A stretch of 64,000 nucleotides of DNA from an uncultured Acidobacteriota bacterium (GCA_963786365.1 CAWAYR010000022.1:453435-517434), one strand, 5' to 3'; counted from the first letter of the stretch, positions 32,698 through 42,946 are shown. Numbers and translations: made by a program. Notes: generated by a model not told the origin, from the sequence alone.

Positions 32698-33867
32698 CTA
32701 CCAGGCGCCGGTCTTGTTGCCGAACCACCACACCATCCCGAGGAGGGCGGTGTTCTGGTGGTCGCGCGGCTCGCCGGGGCGCGGCCCGGTGAAGAACGCC
32801 TCGTTCGACCAGTCGCGCCGGAACTCGGCCCGGACCAGGAAGCCGTCGGCGAACTTGTATCGGCCGTGGCGGTGATCTCGTGGAGCACCTGGTCGATGCC
32901 GCCGAACAGCCCCTCGTCGTCGAGCCGCTCGTAGCGCAGGCGATCGCCGCCGGCTCGACAGCTGATAGCGGGCGTAGACGCCGTGCCCTGCAGCGCCAGG
33001 GCGTCGTCGGCCTTGTTGACCTCGTTGGTCACGTAGTTGACGTCGAGGCCGAAGCTGAGCGCGGGCGTCGGCGTAGGCGACGTAGCTGTCGAACACCCGG
33101 AAGAACCCGTCCGGGCCGGTCGGCTCGCCGCCGTCGGGCTGTTCCTGGCCGAAGTAGTAGTTCGTGGTCCAGGTGACGCTGCCGACGGGCTTGATAACGG
33201 CGGTGAAGTGGTTGCTCTTGAAGTCGTTGAAGTCCTCGGTCTGCTGGATGCCGTTGGTGAGCATGTACATCAGCGTCACTTCGTCACTGACCGGCAGCGA
33301 CAGCGCAGTCCCGAGTGGTAGAAGGGCAGGAAGTTGAAGAGATAGGCGCGGGAGAAGTGGTCGTTGTCCTTGGCGTAGTTGGTCTCGTAGCCGAGGTTCG
33401 AAGCGAACTTGCCGAAGTCGGCCTGGAGGCCGCGGCCGACCGGGAAGACGTAGGTGCCGTAGGCTTGCCAGACGTGGCGATACACGTCGGGGCGAGGCTC
33501 GTTGGCCGCGCCGCCTTGCACGGTTTCCGTGGCCTGGCCGAACTGCAGGTCGACGCGGGCCCCGAAGCGACGCGCCGCGTCGACGTCGGGCGCGCTCTCG
33601 ACGACGATGGCGGCCTGCTGGATGCCGAAGACGTTGGCCCGGGTGTCGTAGGCGCGCAGCAGGTTGACCCGGTCGTACGGCCGATTCCAGTTGTATTGGT
33701 AGAAGCCCTCGAACGCGACGCCGAACTTCACCTGGTCGAGCGGTCCGCCCGACGCGGCCGGCGGTGCGGGCTGCTGAGCCGGCGGCGGCGGCTCCTGTGC
33801 GGAGGGGCTGGGCTGCGGCCAATGCCGGCAGCCCCAGGAGCAGCAGCGCGGCGGCCGAGAAACGCAC
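32698..33867 (-). pseudogene. Outer-membrane beta-barrel porin (bbp2/OmpL-like) inside the kdp cluster, at least 5 frame breaks
   Basis: Signal 'VRFSAAALLLLGLPALAAAQ', Pro-rich stretch, 'KFGVAFEGFYQYNWNRPYD', 'ADFGKFASNLGYETNYAKDNDHFSRAYLFNFLPFYHSG', and C-terminal 'YKFADGFLVRAEFRRDWSNE...LLGMVWWFGNKTGAW' ending in an aromatic residue. Confidence 0.7.
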
Positions 33868-34150
33868 CAGGTGGCGCAGCCGGTAGGCGATGGCCTGCAG
33901 CCCGGTCCTGCGCTGGGCCTCGTGCGGCAGGGTGGCAACCAGCCACGCCCGGAATCCCAGCAGCGCTTCGATGGTCTCGTCGAGTTGGGCAATCTGCTCT
34001 TCGGGCGTGCCCGTGAACTGGCGCTGGGCCAGCACGAACGTCCCGCCGTGGTCGTGCACGTGCGCGGTCATGACATCGCTCCCTGCCATCCACGATAGGG
34101 AGCCCGGCCTGAGGACCGCCTCAGAAGTACCTCAAGAGTTGCTGAAACTG

Positions 34151-34210
34151 CGGGGCTCGGGACCGGGGATCCGGGATCCGGGCGGGACAGGCGGGACTCG
34201 GGAGTCCGGG
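34151..34210 (+). repeat. G-tract array (nine GGG/GGGG runs), member of the GGGGCTCGGG element family
   Basis: 'cggggctcgggaccggggatccgggatccgggcgggacaggcgggactcgggagtccggg', in the 126-nt spacer between the kdpE stop and the porin region. Confidence 0.8.
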
Positions 34211-34215
34211 CTGGC

Positions 34216-34926
34216 TCAGTTGTCCACTGCCGCCGAGTCGGTCACGAAGCGATAGCCGACCCACGGCTCGCTGACGAGATAGATCGGCGTGGCCGGATCG
34301 GGCTCGATCTTCTTGCGCAGCTGGCCGACCAGCGTCCACAGGTGCTCGGGCTGTTCGACGGCATTGGCGCCCCAGATCGCCTTGAGGATGGCGCGGTGCG
34401 TGAGCACCCGGTCGTGGTGGCGGGCCAGCAGCGACAGCAGCTCGAACTCCTTCGGCGTGAGCCGGATCTCGAGGCCGTCGCGGATCACGCGCCGCCGGTC
34501 GTAGTCGATGGACAGGCCGCCGGCCTCGAGCACGCCGCTCTCCACCGCCTCATCGGCCGCGGTGCGGCGCAGCGCGACACGGATTCGGGCCATGAGCTCT
34601 TCCGGGCCGAACGGCTTGGTGACGTAGTCGTCGGCGCCGACGTCGAGCGCCTGCACCTTGTCGGCCTCGTTGCCGCGCGCCGAGAGCACGATGATCGGCA
34701 CCTTCGAGGTCCGCCGCACGCGACGGCAGACCTCGGTGCCTTCGATGTCGGGCAGGCCGAGGTCGAGCACGATGAGATCGGGCGGATGATCGGCGGCCAG
34801 CCGCACCGCCTCGGCGCCGGTGCCGGTGACGGTCACATCGTAGCCGCGGGCGCGCAGGAGCTGTCCGACCGAGCGCTGCAGCGCCACCTCGTCGTCGACC
34901 AGCAGGATGCGAGGCGGCGGCGTCAT
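34216..34926 (-). CDS. kdpE: OmpR-family response regulator KdpE
   Basis: 'RILLVDDEVALQRS...DLIVLDLGLPDIEG', 'PIIVLSARGNEADKVQALDVGADDYVTKPF', and wHTH 'LTPKEFELLSLLARHHDRVLTHRAILKAIWG...VGYRF'. Adjacent to the kdpD kinase part. Confidence 0.85.
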   Translation of the reverse strand: MTPPPRILLVDDEVALQRSVGQLLRARGYDVTVTGTGAEAVRLAADHPPDLIVLDLGLPDIEGTEVCRRVRRTSKVPIIVLSARGNEADKVQALDVGADDYVTKPFGPEELMARIRVALRRTAADEAVESGVLEAGGLSIDYDRRRVIRDGLEIRLTPKEFELLSLLARHHDRVLTHRAILKAIWGANAVEQPEHLWTLVGQLRKKIEPDPATPIYLVSEPWVGYRFVTDSAAVDN

Positions 34927-36431
34927 GCGCGGCTCTCGGCGCTCGGCTCGCGGCACGACGATCGTGAACACGGCGCCGCCCTCCGGATGGTTCTCGGCCC
35001 ACACCCGGCCGCCCTCGGCGTCGAGCAGCCGGCGCGCGATCCACAATCCCGAGCCGGTGCCCGACAGCGCGCGTGCGCGCGGCGTCGCCGCGATAGAAAC
35101 GGTCGAAGAGGTGAGGCACGTCGGCGGGCGCGATCCCCGGGCCGCGGTCGCGGACGCTCAAGCGCAGCTCGAGGGCGTCCGACGCGCCCTGGATGTCGAT
35201 TGCGGATCCCTCCGGCGCGTACTGCGCGGCGTTCTCCAGCAGGTGCGCCAGGGCCGTCGCGGTCAGCCGCGGATCGACACCGGCCGGGACGTCGGGATCG
35301 ACGGCGACGCGCAGCCCATGGCGCCGTACGGCCCGGCCGACCTGGTCGCGCGCCGCGGCGACGACCTCGGAGGCATGGGTGGGCCGGCGCTGCGCGGCCA
35401 GGCCGCCGGCGTCGATGCGGGCCATCTCGAGGATGTTCTCGAACAGCCGCGTCAGCCGCTCGACCTCGGCCTGAATCAGGTCGCTCTGCTCGGTGCGTTC
35501 AGTGCCGGACAGCGCCGGCTCCTGCAGGTTGGACGCGGCCACGCGGATCGCGGTGAGCGGCGTGCGCAGGTCATGGCCGAGCGACGCCAGCAGCGCCGTC
35601 TTGAGCTGCTCGCTCTGGCGGGTCAGCTCGGCGGCCTTGCGCTCGTCGAGCAGCTCTGCCCGCTCGATGGCGATCGCCACGACGCCGGCCAGGGTATCGA
35701 GCGTGCCGGCTTCCACCGGCCGGCCGGCGGCGGCCAGGACGCCGATCGGCCGCGTGCCGACGCGCAGCGGCACCAGCCGTACCGGCGTGCCGGCAACGTC
35801 GCACGATGCGGTGCCCGGCATACGTGCGCGCGTAGGCGTCGAACTCGAGCGTCGTCTGCGCCGCGGCAAACGCCGAGGCGACCTCGTTGGCGGGCAGCGC
35901 CAGGGCCCGGCCGGCGTCGTACTGTGCCCACTCCCCGTCGCGCGGCACGGCGATGGCCACGTAGTCGAGGTCGAAGCGCCGGGCCACCGAGCGGGCCAGC
36001 GTGCCGATGGCGTCGCCGCCGTCGGAGATGCCGAGCACGTCGCGGCTCAGGTCGAAGAGCCGGGCCAGCTCGTCGCGACGGCCCAGCGCCTCCGCGGTAC
36101 GAGCGCGCGTCAGCGCCGACAGGCGGCTGGCCACCAGGCTCACGGCCAGGAACGCCAGCAGCGCCAGCCAGTTCTGCGGATCGGCGATGGTCAGCGTGCC
36201 GACCGGCGGCAGGAACGCGACGTTGAAGGCCAGCACCGCCGCGATCGACGTGGCGATGGCCACCCACTGGCGCGACGTGGCGGCGACGACGACCACCACG
36301 AGCAGCAGCATCGCCGCGGCGGTGGCGGCGTTGACGGCCGGAAGCCAGCGCGCGAACACGAACGACACGGCGGCCGTGGCGCTCAGGCCGGCAGCCAGGC
36401 GCGCCGCGTCCGAGGAGCCGCGTGTCATCAC
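34923..36431 (-). pseudogene. kdpD: KdpD C-terminal part: DUF4118-type TM domain + GAF-like domain + HisKA/HATPase kinase, 2-3 frame breaks (~35810, ~35085, possibly ~34935)
   Basis: TM block 'NAATAAAMLLLVVVVVAATSRQWVAIATSIAAVLAFNVAFLPPVGTLTIADPQNW'. H-box 'ALLASLGHDLRTPLTAI'. 'LLENAAQYAPEGS', 'RDRGPGIAP', 'GSGLWIARRLLDAEGGRVW'. There is no KdpD/USP N-domain; that part is encoded at 26942..28082. Confidence 0.85.
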
Positions 36432-36507
36432 CCGCGATCATAGCCGAGCGGTGCCGACCGCCCGGACGTGCGCGGCACGACAATCGTCGACGGCGAACCG
36501 CCGGCGT

Positions 36508-37011
36508 TCAGGGCTCGCAGGGCACGCGCGTCATCGCGTACTCGATGCGCGGCGCCTGGCTGCCGGCGCCGCCGTCGATCCACGCCGTGAGCGCCTCGAC
36601 GCCGGGCATGCGGTAGCCGACGCGCTTCGGGAAGTCGTGCTGCGGGTTCGCGAAGGTGATCGCCGAAGGCGATTGATCGGCCGGCGCCGCCGTGAATTCC
36701 GTCGGCGGCGCGCCGCCGGGCTGGGCGATGTAGACGAGGCGATCGCCGCGCACGACGATCCTCAGGAACTCGAAGGCGCTCACCGTCGCGCCTGTGACGG
36801 TGTGGGCCACGCCGAGCAGCGTGTCATTGTCGGCGACCGCCCAGCGCTCGGTGAACCGCTCGGCGCCGCGGTTCCCCGACCAGCAGCCGGCGATCCACCG
36901 CGGCAACTCCGCGGCGGCCGCCGCGCGGCCCGGCGTGACGCCCGGGAACACGAGCGCGGCGATGGTCACGACGAGCACGGTCGAGCGCCGGTGGGAACGG
37001 GTCATCGTCAC
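36508..37011 (-). CDS. DUF6265-like small exported protein
   Basis: Intact 167 aa with a signal peptide, 'WIAGCWSG', 'FEFLRIVVRGDRLVYIAQPGG', 'ITFANPQHDFPKRVGY'. Confidence 0.55.
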   Translation of the reverse strand: MTMTRSHRRSTVLVVTIAALVFPGVTPGRAAAAAELPRWIAGCWSGNRGAERFTERWAVADNDTLLGVAHTVTGATVSAFEFLRIVVRGDRLVYIAQPGGAPPTEFTAAPADQSPSAITFANPQHDFPKRVGYRMPGVEALTAWIDGGAGSQAPRIEYAMTRVPCEP

Positions 37012-37078
37012 GACGTCCTCCTCTCGACCCGCAGTGTGGTCCGCCGGCGCCCGCGGCGGCTTGGAAGAATGCGACGCG

Positions 37079-37900
37079 TCAGGTGCGGCGATCGACGAAG
37101 AAGCGCGTCAGCTCGGCCAGCCGGTGGTCGACGAAGCGGCGCGGCGCATCGCCGGCGAACGCTCGGAACTCGGCGATGAAGTGGGCCTGGTCGTAGTAGC
37201 CGTGGTCGAGGGCGACGGCGGCACCGCCGTCGGCCGGGTTGGCGTCGAGGGCGGCCAGCGCCCGCCGGAATCGCACCAAGCGGGCCAGCCGCTTCGGCGT
37301 GACCCCGACCGACAGCTGGAAGTGCCGCTCGAGCCACCGCGACGACGTGCCGGTGGCCCGGGTCAGCGCGTCCATCGTCACCGCGCCGCCGGCGGTGGTG
37401 ATGTACGTCACCGCGCGCAACAGCCTCGGGTCCACGGCTGCGGTCGAGGCATAGACCCGCGGCAGTTCGCTCGTGAGCGCCGCCACGGCCGCCGCCAGCG
37501 TCGCGGCGCTGCTGACGGCGTCGGCCAGCGAGCGGAGGAGCGGCGCCGTCAGCCGGTCCACGCTCACGATGCGATCGGCGAGGCTCGCCTGCGGGAACGG
37601 ACAGAGCGGCGACAGACCCGCCGGCGTGAATCGGACACCGACCGATTCGACGCGCCGGCCGGGCGCGAGCGCGACGCCGCCGGTCATCTGGCCGACCGCC
37701 AGGCGGCGCGGTTGGACGCGTGACGACGTCGCCGACCGCCGCTCGCGGAACGGATCGCCGCGATGCACGACCAGCTCGGGCCGGCCGTCGGGCAGGATCA
37801 GATCGAAGGAGGGGTGACGGGTCTCGCCGGTGAGCGTCCACAGGCACGCCACGCAGGCGGCGACGGCCGGGGGCGGTGGATGCTCCTCGTAGCGCATCAC
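37079..37900 (-). CDS. AraC-family transcriptional regulator
   Basis: Intact 273 aa. C-terminal HTH_18 region: 'TMDALTRATGTSSRWLERHFQLSVGVTPKRLARLVRFRRA...GYYDQAHFIAEFRAFAG'. Confidence 0.8.
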   Translation of the reverse strand: MMRYEEHPPPPAVAACVACLWTLTGETRHPSFDLILPDGRPELVVHRGDPFRERRSATSSRVQPRRLAVGQMTGGVALAPGRRVESVGVRFTPAGLSPLCPFPQASLADRIVSVDRLTAPLLRSLADAVSSAATLAAAVAALTSELPRVYASTAAVDPRLLRAVTYITTAGGAVTMDALTRATGTSSRWLERHFQLSVGVTPKRLARLVRFRRALAALDANPADGGAAVALDHGYYDQAHFIAEFRAFAGDAPRRFVDHRLAELTRFFVDRRT

Positions 37901-37904
37901 CGCG

Positions 37905-38568
37905 CTACCGCTTCGACGCCTCCTGGAACGAGATGTCCAGAATCGGGTAGCTCGGCCAGTCCTTGTAGTTGAAGTGCCACCACTCGTTGGGCTCGACGGT
38001 GAAGCCGTGGCGCTCCATCACCGCGCGCAGCAGATCGCGCTTGCCGCGCTCCTCGGGCTTGCCGCCGCGGTAGTCGGGGTACGGAACGCTTGGTCGGCTC
38101 GTCGTAGTCGCCCGGCATCTGCACGGCCTGGCCGTTGGCCAGGTCGTAGAGCGTCAGGTCCACGGCGCAGCCGCGGTTGTGCTTCGAGCCCGACTTCGGG
38201 TCGGCGACGAACTCCTGCATCGGCGAGCCGGCGGTCATGTCCCAGAACAGCTTGGTGATCGTCCACGGGCGGTAGCCGTCGTGAATCAGCAGGCCGTAGC
38301 CGGCCCTGGCCAGCTCCCGGTGTGCGGCGAGCAGGGCTTCGGCGGCCGGGCGCTGCAGGAACGCGCGCGCCTCGGGGTAGACGACCTTGCCGGTGAAGTT
38401 GTTGGTCGTCGCGTAGCGGATGTCGAGCTTGATCGTCGGATCGAGGGTCACGAGCTCGACCAGATCGGCGCGTTGCGTCGCCTTGGGGTCGCGCGGCGGC
38501 CGGTCCTGGGCAACCAACGCCGCCGAGGCGAGGAGCAGGGCGACGACGAACGCGGCAGCGCGGATCAT
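37905..38568 (-). pseudogene. Exported D-Ala-D-Ala dipeptidase (VanX/DdpX-like, M15D), frame break near 38085
   Basis: Signal 'MIRAAAFVVALLLASAALVAQ', 'IKLDIRYATTNNFTG', 'LLIHDGYRPW', 'SKHNRGCAVDLTL'. The tail 'EPNEWWHFNYKDW' is recovered after the shift. Confidence 0.8.
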
Positions 38569-38588
38569 GGCGAGCGATTCTATCAGCG

Positions 38589-39761
38589 CTACCTGGGGCC
38601 CGGATCGGCCGGCGCCGGGACGAACGGCGCGTCGTCGAGCATCCGGCGGTAGGCGATGGCGCCGTTGGGGGCCTTCTCGCGCCGGAACGGGAAATACGGC
38701 GAGAAGAGTGTGTCGAGTCCGTGTCGAGTCCACCACAACGGCTCGGCCGAATCGCCAGCCAGCGAGGTGACCATCTGGCGATCCGCGGTCAGCCGCAGGC
38801 TGCGGAACTTCTGGTCGTTGAAGTCGAAGATGCCGACCAGCCCTTGCTCGAGGCGCTCGCTGTAGAGCGACGCAATGGTGTAGCCGCGGAGTTTGGCCTC
38901 GATGTCGTGCACGTAGCGGACCGTCAGTGGGGACTCCTCGGCCACCAGGGCGACGAGTTCGTCCATCTTCGTCTCATCGGCCACCCGCTGGAGTTCCTCG
39001 CGAATCCTCAGCGGGGGCGTCGGACCCTTCGGGCGCTTTTGCAGCTTCATCAGCCGGAGGCGCAGCCGGATGATGTCGTCGATGCTCAAATGATCGCCGC
39101 CCGACGGCCCAGGGGGCTCGTGGATGATCGCGACGTACTTGCCTTTGTACTGGTCGGGTAGCGTGTCGCCGATCGGAAGTTCCCAGGTGTCGACGACGCC
39201 GGTCGTATCCTCGAGAACCTCCCAGAGCGTCGTGCCGTCTCCCGCACAGCCGTCGAAGTAGGTGTGGAATTGGGCTCCGGGTGACAGCGCCGGGTTCAGG
39301 GGATCCAGCATGTAGAGGAAGCTCACCACGCCGCTCGTCCGGTCGACGCCGCGTACGGTCACCCAGTGATCCTCCTCGTTGATGCTCAGGATGGCCGGGA
39401 CGCCGCGCTGCAGCGCCCGGCCGAGGTTCTCGAACAACTCGGCCGAGCTGCCGTAGGCGCCGACCTTCCAGTGGATGAGGCCCAACTTTTGGAGTCCGGG
39501 ATCCTTCTTGAAGATCTCGACCAACTCGTCAGGATGGCTGAACCAGCCGCCGTTGTCGTTCGGATAGCTCTCGCGCTGGCGCAGTTTGTCCTGCGTCGCG
39601 GGCACGGGCCGCGCTTGCTCGGCCGGCGTTGGCGCCTTGCCGACCGGCACGCCGTGCGTCACCGAGGAGATGATCGACTGCGCGCAGGCCCGGCCGCAGT
39701 CGAACCTCGCATTGTCCGAGGCGTGGCGAAACACCGCCAGAGTGGGTTCTGTGTTCGGCAT
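38589..39761 (-). CDS. Hypothetical protein: N-terminal papain-fold / peptidase-C39-like domain + ~230-aa unrecognised C-terminal domain
   Basis: Intact 390 aa. 'ARFDCGRACAQSIIS' (candidate Cys), 'PAILSINEEDHWVTVRGVD' (candidate His), 'FLYMLDPLNP' (candidate Asp), in the order and spacing of C39-type peptidases. No TM or ABC domain. GC visibly lower than the flanks. AGGAG SD present. Confidence 0.55.
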   Translation of the reverse strand: MPNTEPTLAVFRHASDNARFDCGRACAQSIISSVTHGVPVGKAPTPAEQARPVPATQDKLRQRESYPNDNGGWFSHPDELVEIFKKDPGLQKLGLIHWKVGAYGSSAELFENLGRALQRGVPAILSINEEDHWVTVRGVDRTSGVVSFLYMLDPLNPALSPGAQFHTYFDGCAGDGTTLWEVLEDTTGVVDTWELPIGDTLPDQYKGKYVAIIHEPPGPSGGDHLSIDDIIRLRLRLMKLQKRPKGPTPPLRIREELQRVADETKMDELVALVAEESPLTVRYVHDIEAKLRGYTIASLYSERLEQGLVGIFDFNDQKFRSLRLTADRQMVTSLAGDSAEPLWWTRHGLDTLFSPYFPFRREKAPNGAIAYRRMLDDAPFVPAPADPGPR

Positions 39762-39781
39762 GGGATGGCTCCTGGGGCGTT

Positions 39782-39803
39782 GGCGCCGGCCTGAGCCGGC
39801 GCC
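39782..39803 (-). promoter_or_regulatory. Intercistronic perfect hairpin between the small GG-tailed gene and the C39-like gene
   Basis: GGCGCCGGC-ctga-GCCGGCGCC: a 9-bp GC stem with a 4-nt loop, centred in the 57-nt spacer just upstream of the AGGAG SD of 38589..39761. Confidence 0.4.
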
Positions 39804-39818
39804 ACGCCCGGACGGCGA

Positions 39819-40297
39819 TCAGAAGGCGCACACCTTGCCGCCGCCGGCGCCGCCCGGCGGACAAATCTCCTGGATTACGCGGAGAGTGTCGAGGATCACC
39901 GCGAACGTCAGCGGCCCGAGCTGTGCCTGGTAAGCCAGCTTGCCGTGATCGAACGCCCGGTCGCAGACGAAGTTTCGCGTCGTCGGTTGGGTGTCCCAGT
40001 TCAAGGTCGCCAGGTGCGTGACGACGCTCTTCAACAGCAGGTCGGTGAAGATCGCGATGTCGCTGGGGGTCGCGAAGATCTGAGCGTCGACCCTGGGCTG
40101 GGCGTCCCGCGCGCGATCGACACGCCGGCGCCGAAGTGCACCAGGACCTGCGCGACGATGCCGGCGGCTGTCTTGAGGTTGTCCATTTCGACCTTGTGGG
40201 TCGCTTTCACCGCCGCGCACGGGTCCTTCTTCTTGACCGGGCGGTGCTTCAACAACGATTCGGCGATTGGTCGCTTGCGTGGGCGTGGTTTCGCCAT
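39819..40297 (-). pseudogene. Small (~158 aa) hypothetical protein with basic N-terminus and C-terminal 'PPGGAGGGKVCAF', frame break near 40115
   Basis: ORF 40031..40297 ('MAKPRPRKRPIAESLLKHRPVKKKDP...VLVHFGAGVSI') joins ORF 39819..40220 ('..DAQIFATPSDIAIFTDLLLKSVVTHLATLNW...LRVIQEICPPGGAGGGKVCAF'). The ATG lies 1 nt after the kinase TGA, and GGAGGA sits inside the kinase 3' end. Confidence 0.5.
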
Positions 40298-40298
40298 C

Positions 40299-42946
40299 TC
40301 ATCCTCCAGTGGGTAGGCAGCGGTTCAGGCCTTGTACGAAATCTTCGGCCGACGTCGGCCGGAATGCGCGCGGGCCGAGGAACTGAGCGAAGACGCGTCC
40401 GACCGCGGGCGGCAGAGCCGCGGCGGCGGCGGCCGCGCGATGCGGCTCGGCGAGCACGCGGGCTACGGTCGAAGCCACCGTCGCGCCACGAAACGGGTTG
40501 GCGCCGGTGCAGGCCTCGAGCAGGGTCACCGACAGGCTCCACAGGTCGTCGGATGGCACCGGCGGCGTGCCGTCGAGCACCTCGGGCGACATGTAGGCCG
40601 GCGTGCCCGGGATCGCCCGGTCCGTCGGTGAGCGACGCCAGGGACCAGGTTGAGTCGTTGCCACCATCGGTCGCGGTCAGCGACGTGCCGGGCGCGGCCA
40701 CCAGCCGGGCCAGCCCGAAATCGAGCAGCTTCGGCGTGTCGTCGGCCGAGAAGCCGATGTTGCTCGGCTTGATGTCGCGGTGCAGGAGGCCGCGGCTGTG
40801 CAGCGCGGCCAGTCCGCGGCCGAGCGCGACGCCGAGCGCCAGCGTCTCGTTCACCGGCATCGGCCCGCGCCGCAGGCGCTCGGACAACGAGCCGCGCTCG
40901 AGGAACTCCATCACCAGCATCGGCGATCCGCGCCACAGCTCGAGGCTGTGCAGCGTGGCCAGGTTCGGATGTACCGCCGCGGCCATGGCCCGGGCCTCGC
41001 GCCGCAGCCGCGCCATCATCACCGGGTCGGCGCCGGGCAGCGTCTTCACGGCCCGCGGCTGCTGCAGGCGCACGTCGAAGGCGCGATAGACCACGCCCAT
41101 GCCGCCGGCGCCGATCCGGCGCTCGAAGCGGAGGCGATCGGCGAGCATCAGCGGCGTCGCGGCGCGGCGCAGCTGGCCGCCACAGGCGCACCGGCTGGTG
41201 TCAGGTGCCACCACGACCCCGCAATCGATGCACTCGCGGGCCGGCGGGTCGAGCACGCTCTGCGCCCCGTGGTGGGCGGTGTGGCGCGCCAGCGTCAGGA
41301 TGCGGTCGATCGCGAACCCGCCCGAGGCGCCCACGGCGGCCAGCAACTCGCGATCCTGTTTGGAGTACGGCAGCTCGCTCACCTTCGGACCCAGGGCGAG
41401 GGCGCCGCGCAGCTCGCTGCGGGAGCCGCGCAGCGGGACCACGATCGCCGCGCCGGTGGCGCTCAGCCACGCCCGATCGAGCTCACCGAGCCGCGCCAGG
41501 ATCGACGGCTCGGCCCCGGCCACGTCGAGCGGCGCGTCGCTGCCTTCGACCAGCTGGGCCAGCGCCGACACGCCGCGCAGCGGGGCGACGTCGGCGTCGA
41601 TCGCGTGCAGGCAGTCGTCGGATCCGGCGATCGCCGTGACCACGCTCTCGGGATGCAGCGCGCGCTCGACGGCGGTCGCGAGCGTGTCGCGCACCTCTTC
41701 GATCGACTCGGCGTGACGCACGCCCTCGGCGACGTTGAGCAGCGTCTCGCGGGCGTCGACCTCCTGACGGAAGAACCGCCGGTCGAGCGCGCCGAGCAGC
41801 CGCCGGCGGCTCACCACGCCGATCGCGCCGGCGACGGTCAACGCGCTCAAGGTGAGTCCCGTCGGTCCCGAGGCGAGCTGCGACAACGGGCGGTCGCGGT
41901 TGAGCAGGACCAGGACCGCCAATACGGCGAACGGCGCGAAGGCCACGCCGCGGATGACGGCGCGGGCCAGCACGTACTGCAGCGCCTGGCGAAGCACGAG
42001 CCGGAGATCCAGCGTCCGCTGCACCAGGCCGGCGTAGGCGGCAGCGACGGGGACGGCGGTCAGGGCGGTGACGATCAGGGCGCCACGCAGTCGGGCAAAC
42101 GGCGGCGACGCGTCGCCGAAGCGCGCCCAGAACGTCTGCAGGATGACATTGGCCACGAGCGGCAGGAATCCCGACCGTCAGGCCGAGGGCGAGCCAATAG
42201 AAGCGGCGCCGGGCGTCGGGACCGCACTCGCGCAGCTTCAGCGGCATGAGGACCAGCAGCGGCGCCATGAGAAGGAATTGCGACGTGAAATACCAGTCGC
42301 TCTGCCGCGGTGCCTCGCGCTGCAGGGCGATCACCACGCTCGGGGCGGCCGGACCCAGCCACTTCGCCGTTGCGTCGACGACGACCAGCAGCGCTCCGAG
42401 GGCGAACGCCGCCGTCGTGCCGGTGAAGAAGATCGCCGCCAGGCGGGGACGGGTCGACGAGCGCGGGAACAGGCTCGCGAAGAACCAGGCCATCGCCGCC
42501 TGGAAGGCGTCGGTGCGCAGGTGAAGCCCGAGCCAGGTGACGACGGTGGGCGCGGTGCTCGCCCGGACGAACGGCGTGAGCAGCGTGGTGCCGGAATCGA
42601 GGATGAACAGCCCCAGCGCCCAGGCCCGGCGGTCGTGCCGGCCGAAGCGCAGCAGCATCAGGGCCAGGCCGGCGAACGCCGAGGCCTGCAGCAGCTGCGC
42701 CCAGACCGGGATGATGCGGTTCGGGTTGGCCGCCCACGGCTCGGTGACGAGCGCCACGACGAAGATGGCGAACCGCACCAGGATCGGAACCGCCAGCAGC
42801 GAGAGCGGCCACGACGGGAACTCGAGCGGCGCCGGATGCGCGACGGACACCGGCCGTGACGGCGTCGCCGAAGGCCGAACCGGGGTCGAGGTCGAGGCCA
42901 TGGCCGGGCGCGCTCCGACGGTCGTTCCTCGCAGCGCCAGCAGCAT
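40299..42946 (-). pseudogene. Membrane sensor Ser/Thr protein kinase (polytopic N-domain + GAF-like region + Zn-ribbon + Hanks kinase), frame breaks ~42165 and ~40640
   Basis: About 8 hydrophobic helices in ORFs 41483..43162 and 40249..42156. 'CIDCGVVVAPDTSRCACG'. Kinase motifs 'IGAGGMGVVYRA', 'AVK', 'LLHRDIKPSNIGF', 'LLDFGLA', and 'GTPAYMSPE' (in ORF 40299..40667). Confidence 0.8.

Noticed and set aside
32596-34215. c-di-AMP (ydaO/kimA-type) riboswitch or other known leader upstream of the kdp genes
   Set aside because: Neither strand of the 32596-32697 or 34090-34215 spacers shows the conserved ydaO blocks (e.g. GGGGUGAAUCC or CAGCUAACC-like segments). The spacer is dominated by the G-tract repeat.
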